A DNA stretch of 32,433 nucleotides from Verrucomicrobiales bacterium (lineage in GTDB: Bacteria > Verrucomicrobiota > Verrucomicrobiia > Limisphaerales > JAYPEY01): contig JAYPGD010000006.1 in NCBI GenBank assembly GCA_038126655.1, positions 1 to 32,433 of the forward strand, given 5' to 3'. Shown here in pieces: positions 7,781-15,924 of the stretch (position 1 is its first letter; each line of letters opens with the position of its first letter). The notes beneath the pieces are model-generated. The model worked only from the letters and a program-made list of their open reading frames with translations, did no database searches and was not told where the DNA came from. The position numbers were made by a program, and so were the translations under genes.

Positions 7781-10513
7781 TCAGTTGACATTCTGGCGAG
7801 GTCGCGTCGTGGGCGGGGTTCCCGGGCGCGACGGAGGCGTTCTTGTGCGTGAGGGCGTGGAACGCGATTGTGGCGCGACGGACCTCGGGGTCGGCCGGTT
7901 GAACGTCGGACGGGACGGAGCCGGCCGCGGCGTCACCGACCTCGGCGTCGACGACGGGGAGGACTGAACGCGGGACTGCGGCGCGATGCGTGCGGGGCTG
8001 GTCGACCGGGTTGGCCGGTTGAACGTGGGGCGCGACGAACTGCGGGTGGTCGGCGCGATGGAGAAGCTTCGTCGCCCGGACGAGGAGGGGGGCGCGACGA
8101 TGCGGCTGGATTGCGACCGTGTTTCGGATTGATTGAGACTGTTGAAGGGCTGTGATTGCGTCCTGAACTGCGTGGAACGCGAGGTCTGGAAACCAGAGCT
8201 TTGTCGGGGGGAGGATTGGGCTGCCGGGCTGGGCGAGACCGGAGCGCGTCGGACAACCGTCCTGGTGGAGGTCGGACGGCTGGGCGATGGAGTGGCGCCT
8301 TGTCTTGTGGTCGGGCTGAAGCTGGGATTGGAGGTCGGCCGATTGGAGATGGAAGGGGCCGCCGATGGGCTTGATCGCCGCGGTTGGCCGGGCGAACGCA
8401 AGATGCTCAATGGCTGGGGCGTCGCCGGCTGTCTGGGCGTGGAGGTCACCGGGGCCGGCGGCGACAGAGGCTTGGGCGCGCTCGGGCCGGTCGCCTGCGG
8501 CCTTGGTGAAGCGGCGGACGAGGTGACCGGACGCGGCGTGGAGGTGACCGGCCTGGCGGCGGACCTGACCGGTTGAGGAGCGGTCAGTGTGCGCGAGGGA
8601 GCCTTGAGCGGCTGCGGCGAGGAGGTGACTGGCCGCGGAGTGGACCGCGCGCCATCCGGCGATCTCGGGACTGTTCTCCTTGCGCTTGTGGTCGATTGAC
8701 CGCCGGCGCCTGTTTGGAACGCCGCGATGCCCTTGGGGAGGGGCTTGGGGCGCTTTCCGGGCAGGGACAGAGCTGGTCGCGCGCCTGACTTGGGGCGTTT
8801 GGTTGCAGAGGAGAGGTTGCTTTTGCCGGATGTTTCCGCCTTGGCGGCTCCGGACCGGCTTCCTCCGACGATCATGCGTTGGGAGGCGGGGGAGGCGCTG
8901 GTGCGGCTGCGATTCAATTCGGAGCGTTCCCGGGAGCCGGTTCGAGCGCCGGCGAGCGTGCGGCCTCCCTTGTCCGCGGCAGCCGCTGCGGCGTCAGACG
9001 AAATCCTGGCGGCCGCGGAAGAACGCGACGTTCCGGTTGTGTCCGCTGATCTACCGCTCCGCCTGCCGGCTTCGCTGGAGCGGTCGCCGGAGCCTTGGCG
9101 GGGGCCGCCGCGGTAGATGGCGAGGTCGGAACCGTTGCGCACGACGCGGTCTGGACGGACGATCGAACGGTTTCCGGCGGGACGGTCGGCGATCTTCACC
9201 CTTCGGATCTCCTGGCGCGAGAGCTTGGCGATTTCATCCTTGGGGACGCCGCTGTTGACGAAGGTCTTCTGCCGGTTCGCGTGATGATGGTTGATCACCG
9301 AGGATTCATGATGGACATGCTGGATGCGGTCGCGAGCGACGAAGTGCCGGTGCGGATGGTGGGAATGGAAATGACGCAGGGGGACGTAGGTGTAGTGATT
9401 CGAGGAGAGTCCCCATTCGAAGTGAACGCCCACGGTCGAATCGTGATAGCTGAAACCAAAGCCGCTGCGGTAGCGGGCTGCCGGGGGCAGGGGAGCCCAT
9501 CCGCAGTAGGCGCTTGAACGTCGCCAACTGACCCAGGCCGGGCCCCAGGTGCGCCCCGGCGTCCAGACCCAGCCATGGAGTGTGTGCCGATGCCAGCGAC
9601 CGTAATGGAAGGGCGCCCAGCCCCAGGAGTAGTCCGACTGCCAATACCAGCCTTGATCCGTGTAGAGCCAGCGGCCGCGGTTGGCGTAGGGGCGCCATCC
9701 GGAATCGATCACCGCCACAGTGGGCTGCCAACACAAGCCGTAGGGCGCGACTTCCACCCAAGCGCCGTAGGGAGCCAGGACGGGCTGGAAATAGGTCACG
9801 GGTTCCGCGACCTCGTAAACGACGGTCTGGGTCTGGACGACGGGTTGTTGGACCGCAACCGTTTGCTGTTCGACCACAACCGGCGCGGGCGCGGCCTGCG
9901 CGACGTTCGGCGTTTCCACGACAACTTGAGGGGCGGTTGTTCCGGCGGGGGAGGCGATGGTTTCCCTTTGCGCCTGCGCCGCCTGGTAATCGGCGACCGT
10001 CTGTTCCGGCGCGGGCGCCTTCTGGATCAGGGCATTGATGACGTCGGTCGAAACGCCGATGTCGGCAAGGTAGATCAGCTCGTCCGCAGTGGGGTGAAAG
10101 GCCGTCGGTGAGTTGTTGATATAATTGAGAATCACCTCGTCGCCAACCTGCGCCTGCGCGAGTTTGACGACCTCGGACACTCCCGGAGACAGCTCGATCG
10201 GTTGAGCCTCGCCCGCGTCCGCTGGCGGGGGAACCGGCGCAACAGGAGCGACAGCAGGCTCAGGTTCCACCGCTGCGGGGTGCGGCGCGGATTGGACGAC
10301 CACAGCGGTCGCGGACGCGACCTCCTGAGGCCGGGTGACGGTCGCGCGGACGCCCCCGGCGTCCTGCTGCGCGACCTGGGGGATCTGCGCGTGTCGATGC
10401 ACCCTGTGCGGAGGATGTGTCGATGCGTATTCGTGATGATGACAGGCGGAGGAAAGCGAGAAGAGACTGACGCCGAGAAGCAGCGCAATTCCTTGGGTGA
10501 CGCGTTTTTTCAT
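7781..10513 (-). CDS. Envelope protein with a W/Y/G-rich YXWGXW-type repeat region and a ~450-aa S/P/T/R-rich disordered tail
   Basis: ATG at 10513. Signal peptide with a possible lipobox (LFSLSSAC). Core region GWRPYANRGRWLYTDQGWYWQSDYSWGWAPFHYGRWHRHTLHGWVWTPGRTWGPAWVSW. The C-terminal half is low complexity with internal repeats (SRPTFNRPT x2, RPVTS[ST]P x3). Confidence 0.8.
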   Translation of the reverse strand: MKKRVTQGIALLLGVSLFSLSSACHHHEYASTHPPHRVHRHAQIPQVAQQDAGGVRATVTRPQEVASATAVVVQSAPHPAAVEPEPAVAPVAPVPPPADAGEAQPIELSPGVSEVVKLAQAQVGDEVILNYINNSPTAFHPTADELIYLADIGVSTDVINALIQKAPAPEQTVADYQAAQAQRETIASPAGTTAPQVVVETPNVAQAAPAPVVVEQQTVAVQQPVVQTQTVVYEVAEPVTYFQPVLAPYGAWVEVAPYGLCWQPTVAVIDSGWRPYANRGRWLYTDQGWYWQSDYSWGWAPFHYGRWHRHTLHGWVWTPGRTWGPAWVSWRRSSAYCGWAPLPPAARYRSGFGFSYHDSTVGVHFEWGLSSNHYTYVPLRHFHSHHPHRHFVARDRIQHVHHESSVINHHHANRQKTFVNSGVPKDEIAKLSRQEIRRVKIADRPAGNRSIVRPDRVVRNGSDLAIYRGGPRQGSGDRSSEAGRRSGRSADTTGTSRSSAAARISSDAAAAAADKGGRTLAGARTGSRERSELNRSRTSASPASQRMIVGGSRSGAAKAETSGKSNLSSATKRPKSGARPALSLPGKRPKPLPKGIAAFQTGAGGQSTTSARRTVPRSPDGARSTPRPVTSSPQPLKAPSRTLTAPQPVRSAARPVTSTPRPVTSSAASPRPQATGPSAPKPLSPPAPVTSTPRQPATPQPLSILRSPGQPRRSSPSAAPSISNRPTSNPSFSPTTRQGATPSPSRPTSTRTVVRRAPVSPSPAAQSSPRQSSGFQTSRSTQFRTQSQPFNSLNQSETRSQSSRIVAPPSSSGRRSFSIAPTTRSSSRPTFNRPTRSTSPARIAPQSRVQSSPSSTPRSVTPRPAPSRPTFNRPTPRSVAPQSRSTPSRTRTPPSRPGTPPTTRPRQNVN

Positions 10514-10623
10514 TAGACTGACTCCGGTAGAGGGTGATTGTCTGACCGTCGTTTCCGCCGACGTCGCGCGTTCCTGACAATTGTCCCGACTGGGCGGATC
10601 GGCGGGCTATTCAAGGCTCGGCC

Positions 10624-10668
10624 ATAAATTAGTCTTTTTTTTCTTATTAATTAAAAAAGTGAATATCA
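10624..10668. other. AT-rich island in a divergent intergenic region
   Basis: ataaattagtcttttttttcttattaattaaaaaagtgaatatca is about 80% AT in an otherwise GC-rich window. It contains the palindrome ttaattaa flanked by ctttttt/aaaaaag. It lies between the 910-aa gene start (10513, minus) and tRNA-Ser (10795, plus). Confidence 0.3.
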
Positions 10669-10794
10669 GGCGTTGTTGGAGACGTCAGGGAGTGAGGGTG
10701 TCGAAGCGCGAATCCTGCGCGATGCTTGAAAAAACATTGCGTCGAGCGGTTGGGTCCTACACAGTGTCGGACCCTCGGTTTTCCTGGCAGTTAT

Positions 10795-10884
10795 GGAGAG
10801 GTGGCTGAGTGGTTTAAGGCGCGCGCCTGGAAAGCGCGTGCACTGGAAACGGTGTCGCGGGTTCGAATCCCGCCCTCTCCGCCA
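10795..10884 (+). tRNA. tRNA-Ser (anticodon GGA)
   Basis: Acceptor stem GGAGAGG/CCTCTCC. Anticodon stem CGCGC/GCGCG with loop CUGGAAA (GGA). Long variable arm (tgcactggaaacggtgtc) typical of class II tRNA. T-arm GCGGGTTCGAATCCCGC, discriminator G and encoded CCA. Confidence 0.93.
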
Positions 10885-10917
10885 GCCTTCGCCTGTATGG
10901 AACGGAGGCGAAGGCTG
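10883..10917 (+). terminator. Hairpin immediately 3' of tRNA-Ser (possible terminator or processing structure)
   Basis: gccttcgcc (10885-10893) pairs perfectly with ggcgaaggc (10907-10915) across a 13-nt loop, and the stem extends to 11 bp. There is no following T-run, so a terminator function is uncertain. Confidence 0.3.
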
Positions 10918-10983
10918 CCGCTCCCAAGCTTCAGATGCGCAGGCGGGCTTGGCCCCGATTTGAAGGAGGCTACGGCTCGGCAA
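10902..10983 (+). repeat. Copy A of an ~82-bp direct repeat
   Basis: acggaggcgaaggctgccgctcccaagcttcagatgcgcaggcgggcttggccccgatttgaaggaggctacggctcggcaa. It repeats 118 bp downstream at about 90% identity. Confidence 0.85.
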
Positions 10984-11019
10984 GCCAGCCAAGGAAAGAG
11001 AAACATCCCCGAAAGTGGG

Positions 11020-11102
11020 ACGGAGGCGAAGGCTGCCGCTCCCAAGCTTCAGATGCGCAGGCGGGCGTTGGCCCGGATCCGAAGGAGGCTGCTTCTCGGC
11101 AA
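11020..11102 (+). repeat. Copy B of an ~82-bp direct repeat
   Basis: acggaggcgaaggctgccgctcccaagcttcagatgcgcaggcgggcgttggcccggatccgaaggaggctgcttctcggcaa. The first 46 nt are identical to copy A and the 3' part diverges. Confidence 0.85.
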
Positions 11103-11158
11103 CGATGCGTTGCATTTCACCAGGGTGACTCCATGATTTCCCCACTGACCACTGACCC

Positions 11159-11926
11159 ATGCGCGAGGAAACCGACCAGCTTGCCGCCTTGATCCGCGAT
11201 GCGCGTTCGATCCTGCTCTTTACCGGGGCGGGTATTTCCACGGGGAGCGGCATTCCAGATTTTCGCGGTCCCGACGGTGTGTGGCAACGTCGTCAGCCGG
11301 TTTATTATCAGGATTTCATGTCCTCGGAAGCTGCGCGGATCGAGCATTGGGATTACAAGCTTGAAGGCTGGGCGGCCTTTCGTGATGCGCGACCGAATCC
11401 GGCGCACGAGGCCTGCGTGGCTTTGGAGCAGGCGGGCCGACTCAGGCTTCTGGTGACCCAGAACATCGACGGCCTGCATCAGCGGGCGGGCGCGAGCCGG
11501 GAGAAACTGGTCGAAATCCATGGGACCAACAGCGAAGTTGAATGCCAGACCTGCGGCGCGCGGAGCGATCCCGAGGGGGCATTCCAGGAGTTTGAGTCGA
11601 CGCGGAAGCCGCCGCGATGCGGGTGCGGCGGGTGGCTCAAGCCTGCGACCATCAGTTTTGGCCAGAATCTCAGGTCCGAAGATCTGCGAAGGGCGGAAGA
11701 AGGCGCGCTGGCCGCGGATCTGGCGATTGCCCTGGGATCGAGTCTCTCAGTGACGCCGGCTTCGAGTTTTCCGCTGATGGCGGCCATGAACGGCGCGCAG
11801 TATGCGATTGTGAATCGAGGGAACACCGATCACGACCGTCGTCCTGAAGTGACCCTTCGAATCGAGGGGGATGTGAGCGAGCTGTTTCCGGCGGCCGTTG
11901 GGATGGCCTTGTCCGAGGAAGCCTGA
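11159..11926 (+). CDS. cobB: Sir2-family NAD-dependent protein deacylase
   Basis: GAGISTGSGIPDFRG, VTQNIDGLH, zinc module CQTCG...CGCGG, and the late GSSLSV motif. 255 aa. Confidence 0.9.
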   Translation: MREETDQLAALIRDARSILLFTGAGISTGSGIPDFRGPDGVWQRRQPVYYQDFMSSEAARIEHWDYKLEGWAAFRDARPNPAHEACVALEQAGRLRLLVTQNIDGLHQRAGASREKLVEIHGTNSEVECQTCGARSDPEGAFQEFESTRKPPRCGCGGWLKPATISFGQNLRSEDLRRAEEGALAADLAIALGSSLSVTPASSFPLMAAMNGAQYAIVNRGNTDHDRRPEVTLRIEGDVSELFPAAVGMALSEEA

Positions 11927-12032
11927 CCGGTTCGGGGAGCGGGTTGTTGGAAGGGGATCGAGATCGGCGGAAACGCCTCCCCAACAAAAGTTTGACACCG
12001 GCGGTGCAGAGACCTAGTTTCACCCCCTCATT

Positions 12033-12674
12033 ATGGCCGACGACAGTAATGTAACCACAGGTGGCGTTCCGCCGAAACCGGGCGACGACTCGAAAGTGAA
12101 ACCGAAGAAGGAGACGGTGCGCATCAGCCTGCCGCCGAAACCGAAGGAGACGGTTCGCATCGGCCTGCCCGCGAAGAAACCGGGCGCGCCGGCAGCTCCT
12201 GCGCCCGCGGCTCCTGCGGCTTCCGCCGCCGGGGGAGGCGGAGCTCCGCCGAAACCCGCGGGCAAACCCGGCGCCACGGTCAAGATCGGTCTTCCGCCCA
12301 AGCCGGCCGGCGCCGCGGCCGCCAAGCCCGGCGGGAAGCCTCCGGCTCCGGGATCCACTGTGAAGATTTCCATGCCGCCGCCTCCCGCGGGCGGCGCCAA
12401 ACCTGCCGCAGCTGCGCCCCCCGCAGCCCCGGCAAAGCCGGGGGCCAAACCGGCCGGCCCCGCCAGCCCGGCGTTGGCCAAACCGGGCGGCAAGCCCGGA
12501 GCCAAGCCCGCCGCTGCCGCGGAAAAGGGCAAGAAGGCCAAGAAGGCCAAGCCCGCCGGCGTCGCCAGCATCAGCTTGGTGGACAAAATTCTCGCGATCC
12601 TGGTCCTGTTGGTGAGCATCGGCGTCCTGGTTCGCGTCCTCATGCTCGCGGAGATTATCAAGACCGCCGCCTGA
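12033..12674 (+). CDS. Pro/Ala/Lys-rich repeat protein with a C-terminal TM anchor
   Basis: ATG at 12033. Four copies of [ES]TV[RK]I[SG][LM]PP[KP]P (ETVRISLPPKP, ETVRIGLPAKKP, ATVKIGLPPKP, STVKISMPPPP) separated by PA-rich spacers. C-terminal hydrophobic helix ILAILVLLVSIGVLVRVLML. It is co-oriented with trxA, 33 nt downstream. The antisense ORFs are Gly/Arg junk. Confidence 0.6.
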   Translation: MADDSNVTTGGVPPKPGDDSKVKPKKETVRISLPPKPKETVRIGLPAKKPGAPAAPAPAAPAASAAGGGGAPPKPAGKPGATVKIGLPPKPAGAAAAKPGGKPPAPGSTVKISMPPPPAGGAKPAAAAPPAAPAKPGAKPAGPASPALAKPGGKPGAKPAAAAEKGKKAKKAKPAGVASISLVDKILAILVLLVSIGVLVRVLMLAEIIKTAA

Positions 12675-12707
12675 TCCGGCCCACAACCTCAATCCAGTTT
12701 TTCATTC

Positions 12708-13040
12708 ATGGCTGCTGCAAACATTCTCGAATTGACCGACGACAATTTCGATGCCGAGGTGAAGTCGTCCGACCAGCCGGTGCTGGTGGATTTCTGGGCT
12801 CCTTGGTGCGGTCCCTGCAAGATGTTGGGGCCGATCCTGGATGAGCTTGCCGGCGAATTTGAAGGCAAGGCCAAGATCGGGAAGGTCAACATCGACGAGC
12901 ATCAGGGCGTCGCCGGACAATTTGGAGTCAGCTCGATTCCGACCATCCTGATCTTCAAGGGCGGCGAGGTCGTTGAGCAGCATGTCGGCCTCAAGCCGAA
13001 GGCGGCGCTGGCCGACAGCTTGAACAACGCCGCGGGTTGA
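12708..13040 (+). CDS. trxA: Thioredoxin
   Basis: 110 aa. Active site WAPWCGPCK. Canonical VDFWA...IPTILIFKGGE layout. Confidence 0.95.
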   Translation: MAAANILELTDDNFDAEVKSSDQPVLVDFWAPWCGPCKMLGPILDELAGEFEGKAKIGKVNIDEHQGVAGQFGVSSIPTILIFKGGEVVEQHVGLKPKAALADSLNNAAG

Positions 13041-13066
13041 TCCGCGGCGTCAAGGCGGGCCCTCTC

Positions 13067-14071
13067 ATGCCTGTCATCGTCACCCCCGGTTACCTTTCCT
13101 GCAGGGGGGAAATGTATTTCCAGATGGCCTCCCAGGTCGAGGCGGGCATTCCCATTGCCAACGTCTTCCGCAATCAACTGGAGAATCCCCTGCACACCTC
13201 TTTTGCCGCTCCCTTGAAGACCATCGTCGGTTGTCTCGAACAGGGATATCCGGTGGCCGACTCACTGGAGGCTGAGCCGGGCTGGCTTCCCAGGTTCGAC
13301 ATGTCGCTCATCCGGGCCGGCGAGAAGAGCGGTCGATTGGATGAATGCTTTCGGCTCCTGGCCGAGTATTATCGGGAACGCTCGGAGCTGAGCAAGCGGG
13401 TGATCGGGGAGTCGATCTATCCGGCGTTGGTTGTTCACATGGCGATCGTGGTCTTTCCGCCTGGCGCCCTGATCAGTCTGATCCAGGGCGACTGGTTGCC
13501 GTTTTTCATTCAGAAGGGAGTCATTTTCGGCGCGCTTTATGCGGTTCTTCTGTCGTTGGCCTACGTGACCCAGCGGGAAGGCGGCGGCCTTTGGCAGTCC
13601 GCGATGGAAAAGGTGTTTCATCGCGTGCCCTTGTTGGGGACGGCGCGGCGTCATCTGGCGTTCAGTCGGTTGGCCCTGGCGCTGGAGGCCTTGATCAACG
13701 CGGGGGTGGGAATCGTCCAGGCCTGGCCCCTGGCGGCGAGGGCCTGCGGTTCGCCCACGATTGAGCGCGCGGCCCTGAGGTCGATCCCCAAGATGAATGA
13801 AGGCTGGATGCCTTCCGACGCGATCAAGGAGAGCGACGTATTTCCCTCGCACTTCATCGGGCTCTACCAGACCGGCGAGCACAGCGGCAAGATGGACGAA
13901 ACCCTGCGTCGTTTGCATGCCTACTATCAGGAGGACGGTTTCCGAAAGTTGAAGCACTTTGCGTTCTGGGCTCCGAATGCGGTCTATGGAGCCGTGGCCA
14001 TCTTCATCGTCTGGCGCATCTACGTGTTCTGGACAGACCACTTCAAGCAGATCACGGATTCGATGGGATGA
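13067..14071 (+). CDS. Type II secretion system F-family (GspF/PilC-like) inner membrane protein
   Basis: Two T2SSF-type repeats, each ending in the family signature (LIRAGEKSGRLDECFRLLAEYY and LYQTGEHSGKMDETLRRLHAYY), each followed by hydrophobic helices. ATG at 13067 chosen; the track start at 13037 is a TTG overlapping the trxA stop. Confidence 0.72.
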   Translation: MPVIVTPGYLSCRGEMYFQMASQVEAGIPIANVFRNQLENPLHTSFAAPLKTIVGCLEQGYPVADSLEAEPGWLPRFDMSLIRAGEKSGRLDECFRLLAEYYRERSELSKRVIGESIYPALVVHMAIVVFPPGALISLIQGDWLPFFIQKGVIFGALYAVLLSLAYVTQREGGGLWQSAMEKVFHRVPLLGTARRHLAFSRLALALEALINAGVGIVQAWPLAARACGSPTIERAALRSIPKMNEGWMPSDAIKESDVFPSHFIGLYQTGEHSGKMDETLRRLHAYYQEDGFRKLKHFAFWAPNAVYGAVAIFIVWRIYVFWTDHFKQITDSMG

Positions 14072-15219
14072 CGCTCGAGGATCTTCATTCGGACGAGGAA
14101 CTGCGGTTGAGGGAGTTTCCCGTGGCGCGCGAGAAGATCTTTGTCGCGCACGGCGGCGTCTGTCCGATCCCGAACCGGGTGGCGACGGCGATAGAGGACT
14201 ACGCCCGTCATTCCACGATGGGCGACCAGGAGACCTTGGCGCCCGCCTTTGCCATGAATCGCACGCGCGAACTGGCGGCGCGACTGATCGGGGCGGAAAC
14301 CGGCGAGGTCGCCCTGGTCGGCCCCACGTCGCTGGCGTTGAGTCTGGTGGCGGGAGGGTTGGAGTTTGAAGCGGGCGACAACGTGATTGCCTGCATGGAC
14401 GATTATCCCTCCAACGTCTATCCGTGGATGGCGTTGCGCGAAAAGGGCGTGGAGGTCCGCTTCATTGAGACGTCCGCCTTTGGCGCGATTCAGCCGGAGG
14501 ATGTGTTCCAGTTGGTGGACGAGCGCACGCGGTTGGCGGCCTTGGCGTCCTGTCACTATGCCACCGGGTTTCGGTTGGATCACGAGACGATCGGTCGGGA
14601 ATTACGCAAGCGCGGCGTCCTGTTCTGCCTCGACGCGATTCAGACAGTGGGCGCGTTGCCCACGACGGTGGAGCAGGTGGATTTTCTGGCGGCGGACTCC
14701 CACAAGTGGATGCTCGGTCCCTGCGCGGCCGGGATCTTTTATGTGCGCCGGGAGGTTCAGGAGCGGTTGCGCCCGCCGCTTCATGGTTGGCACAATATTG
14801 AATGCCCCGACTTCGTTGCGCAGGAAGAACTGAAATTCAAGCCGGATGCGCGCCGGTATGAGGTTGGCAGCGCGAACCTCCTGGGATTGGTCGGGCTGCA
14901 CGCCGCGTTGGAACTGATTCAAGAGATCGGCGTGGAGAACATTGCGGCCGAGTTGCTGCGGAAGCGGAACTGGCTGGCTCCGGCATTGGTGAACAAGGGG
15001 TATGAGGTCATGCACAGGGATGCGTCCGAGATGAACTGCAGCGGCGTGGTGACCGTGCAGCGGTCCGGCGCGGACATGTACGCCCTGCACGCCGCGCTTG
15101 CGGAAAACAATGTGATGGCCTCGGTGCGGTCGGACAGGGAAGGGCGGAAGCATCTCCGATTCTCGCCGCATTATTACAACACCGACGCCGAGATGAACCG
15201 GATTCTAGAACTGCTCTGA
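14068..15219 (+). CDS. Class V aminotransferase / cysteine-desulfurase-family PLP enzyme
   Basis: ATG at 14068 overlaps the upstream stop (ATGA). PLP-lysine motif DFLAADSHKWMLGP. The overall class V layout is present. There is no NifS-type C-terminal active-site Cys loop visible, so the substrate is unknown. Confidence 0.82.
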   Translation: MTLEDLHSDEELRLREFPVAREKIFVAHGGVCPIPNRVATAIEDYARHSTMGDQETLAPAFAMNRTRELAARLIGAETGEVALVGPTSLALSLVAGGLEFEAGDNVIACMDDYPSNVYPWMALREKGVEVRFIETSAFGAIQPEDVFQLVDERTRLAALASCHYATGFRLDHETIGRELRKRGVLFCLDAIQTVGALPTTVEQVDFLAADSHKWMLGPCAAGIFYVRREVQERLRPPLHGWHNIECPDFVAQEELKFKPDARRYEVGSANLLGLVGLHAALELIQEIGVENIAAELLRKRNWLAPALVNKGYEVMHRDASEMNCSGVVTVQRSGADMYALHAALAENNVMASVRSDREGRKHLRFSPHYYNTDAEMNRILELL

Positions 15220-15231
15220 ACGGCCGGGAAA

Positions 15232-15804
15232 TCAGTCCTTCCGGAGCTCGAGAAAGTTCTTCAGCAGCTTGCGGCCCTCTTCCGACAGGATGCTTTCTGG
15301 ATGGAATTGAACGCCCCAGATGGGGAGTTCCCGGTGTCGCATTCCCATGATCTCGCCTTCGTCCGTCTCGGCCGTGACCTCGAGGCATTCGGGCACGCTG
15401 TCGGGTTTGATGACCAACGAATGGTAGCGCGTGCCGACCAGGGGATTCGGGAGATCTTTGAACAGATCCTCGCCGTTGTGTTTTATGGGCGAGGTCTTGC
15501 CGTGCATCATCCGGTGGTTGACGACGATCTCCGCGCCGAAGGTCGCGCCGATGCACTGATGCCCGAGGCAGACGCCGAGAAGCGGCCTGTTCGGGCCGAA
15601 CTCGCGGATGATGTCATTCGAAAGCCCGGCCTCCTTCGGACTGCAGGGACCGGGCGAGATCAGGATGCGCTCGGGATCGAGATCGCGGACTTCGTCGACG
15701 GAGGTCTGATCGTTGCGGCGGATCTCCATCTCCACGCCCATCTCGCCCAGGTATTGCACGAGGTTGAACGTGAACGAATCGTAGTTGTCGATGACCAGAA
15801 TCAT
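15232..15804 (-). CDS. trpG: Anthranilate / aminodeoxychorismate synthase glutamine amidotransferase component II
   Basis: [20 protein letters not shown]-terminus. Catalytic GVCLGHQ. The FHPES region supplies the His/Glu of the triad. 190 aa. trpG and pabA cannot be distinguished by eye. Confidence 0.93.
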   Translation of the reverse strand: MILVIDNYDSFTFNLVQYLGEMGVEMEIRRNDQTSVDEVRDLDPERILISPGPCSPKEAGLSNDIIREFGPNRPLLGVCLGHQCIGATFGAEIVVNHRMMHGKTSPIKHNGEDLFKDLPNPLVGTRYHSLVIKPDSVPECLEVTAETDEGEIMGMRHRELPIWGVQFHPESILSEEGRKLLKNFLELRKD

Positions 15805-15924
15805 GTTTCGAATGGGGAGGGAAGGTATTCAATCCCGACCGCGGCGCAATGAAAATGCGACAGGTTGGCGGCGACCGGCGTTGACGCCGGCCTCAACCGC
15901 GGAAAACCTCGGGAACTTCGGCGA

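Noticed and set aside
10795-11158. tRNA-Ser-linked genomic island or prophage integration site.
   Set aside because: There is no integrase or mobility gene on either side. The direct repeats do not duplicate the tRNA 3' end, and the flanking genes (envelope protein, Sir2 deacylase) look chromosomal.
11927-12032. Rho-independent terminator after cobB (ttgttgg ... ccaacaa aagttt, 11944-11993).
   Set aside because: It has only a 7-bp stem with a ~30-nt loop and a very weak T-run, so it is not convincing.
11670-12692. 340-aa and 213-aa minus-strand ORFs overlapping the Pro/Ala-rich gene.
   Set aside because: Their Gly/Arg-rich translations have no start context and run convergent into cobB. The plus-strand frame has a repeated motif, a C-terminal TM and co-orientation with trxA. 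Strand choice is still only moderately confident.
15220-15231. Convergent gene pairs separated by only 10-12 nt (5754/5765 and 15219/15232), considered as possible bidirectional terminators.
   Set aside because: No hairpin can be formed in spacers this short. It was noted only as evidence of tight packing.
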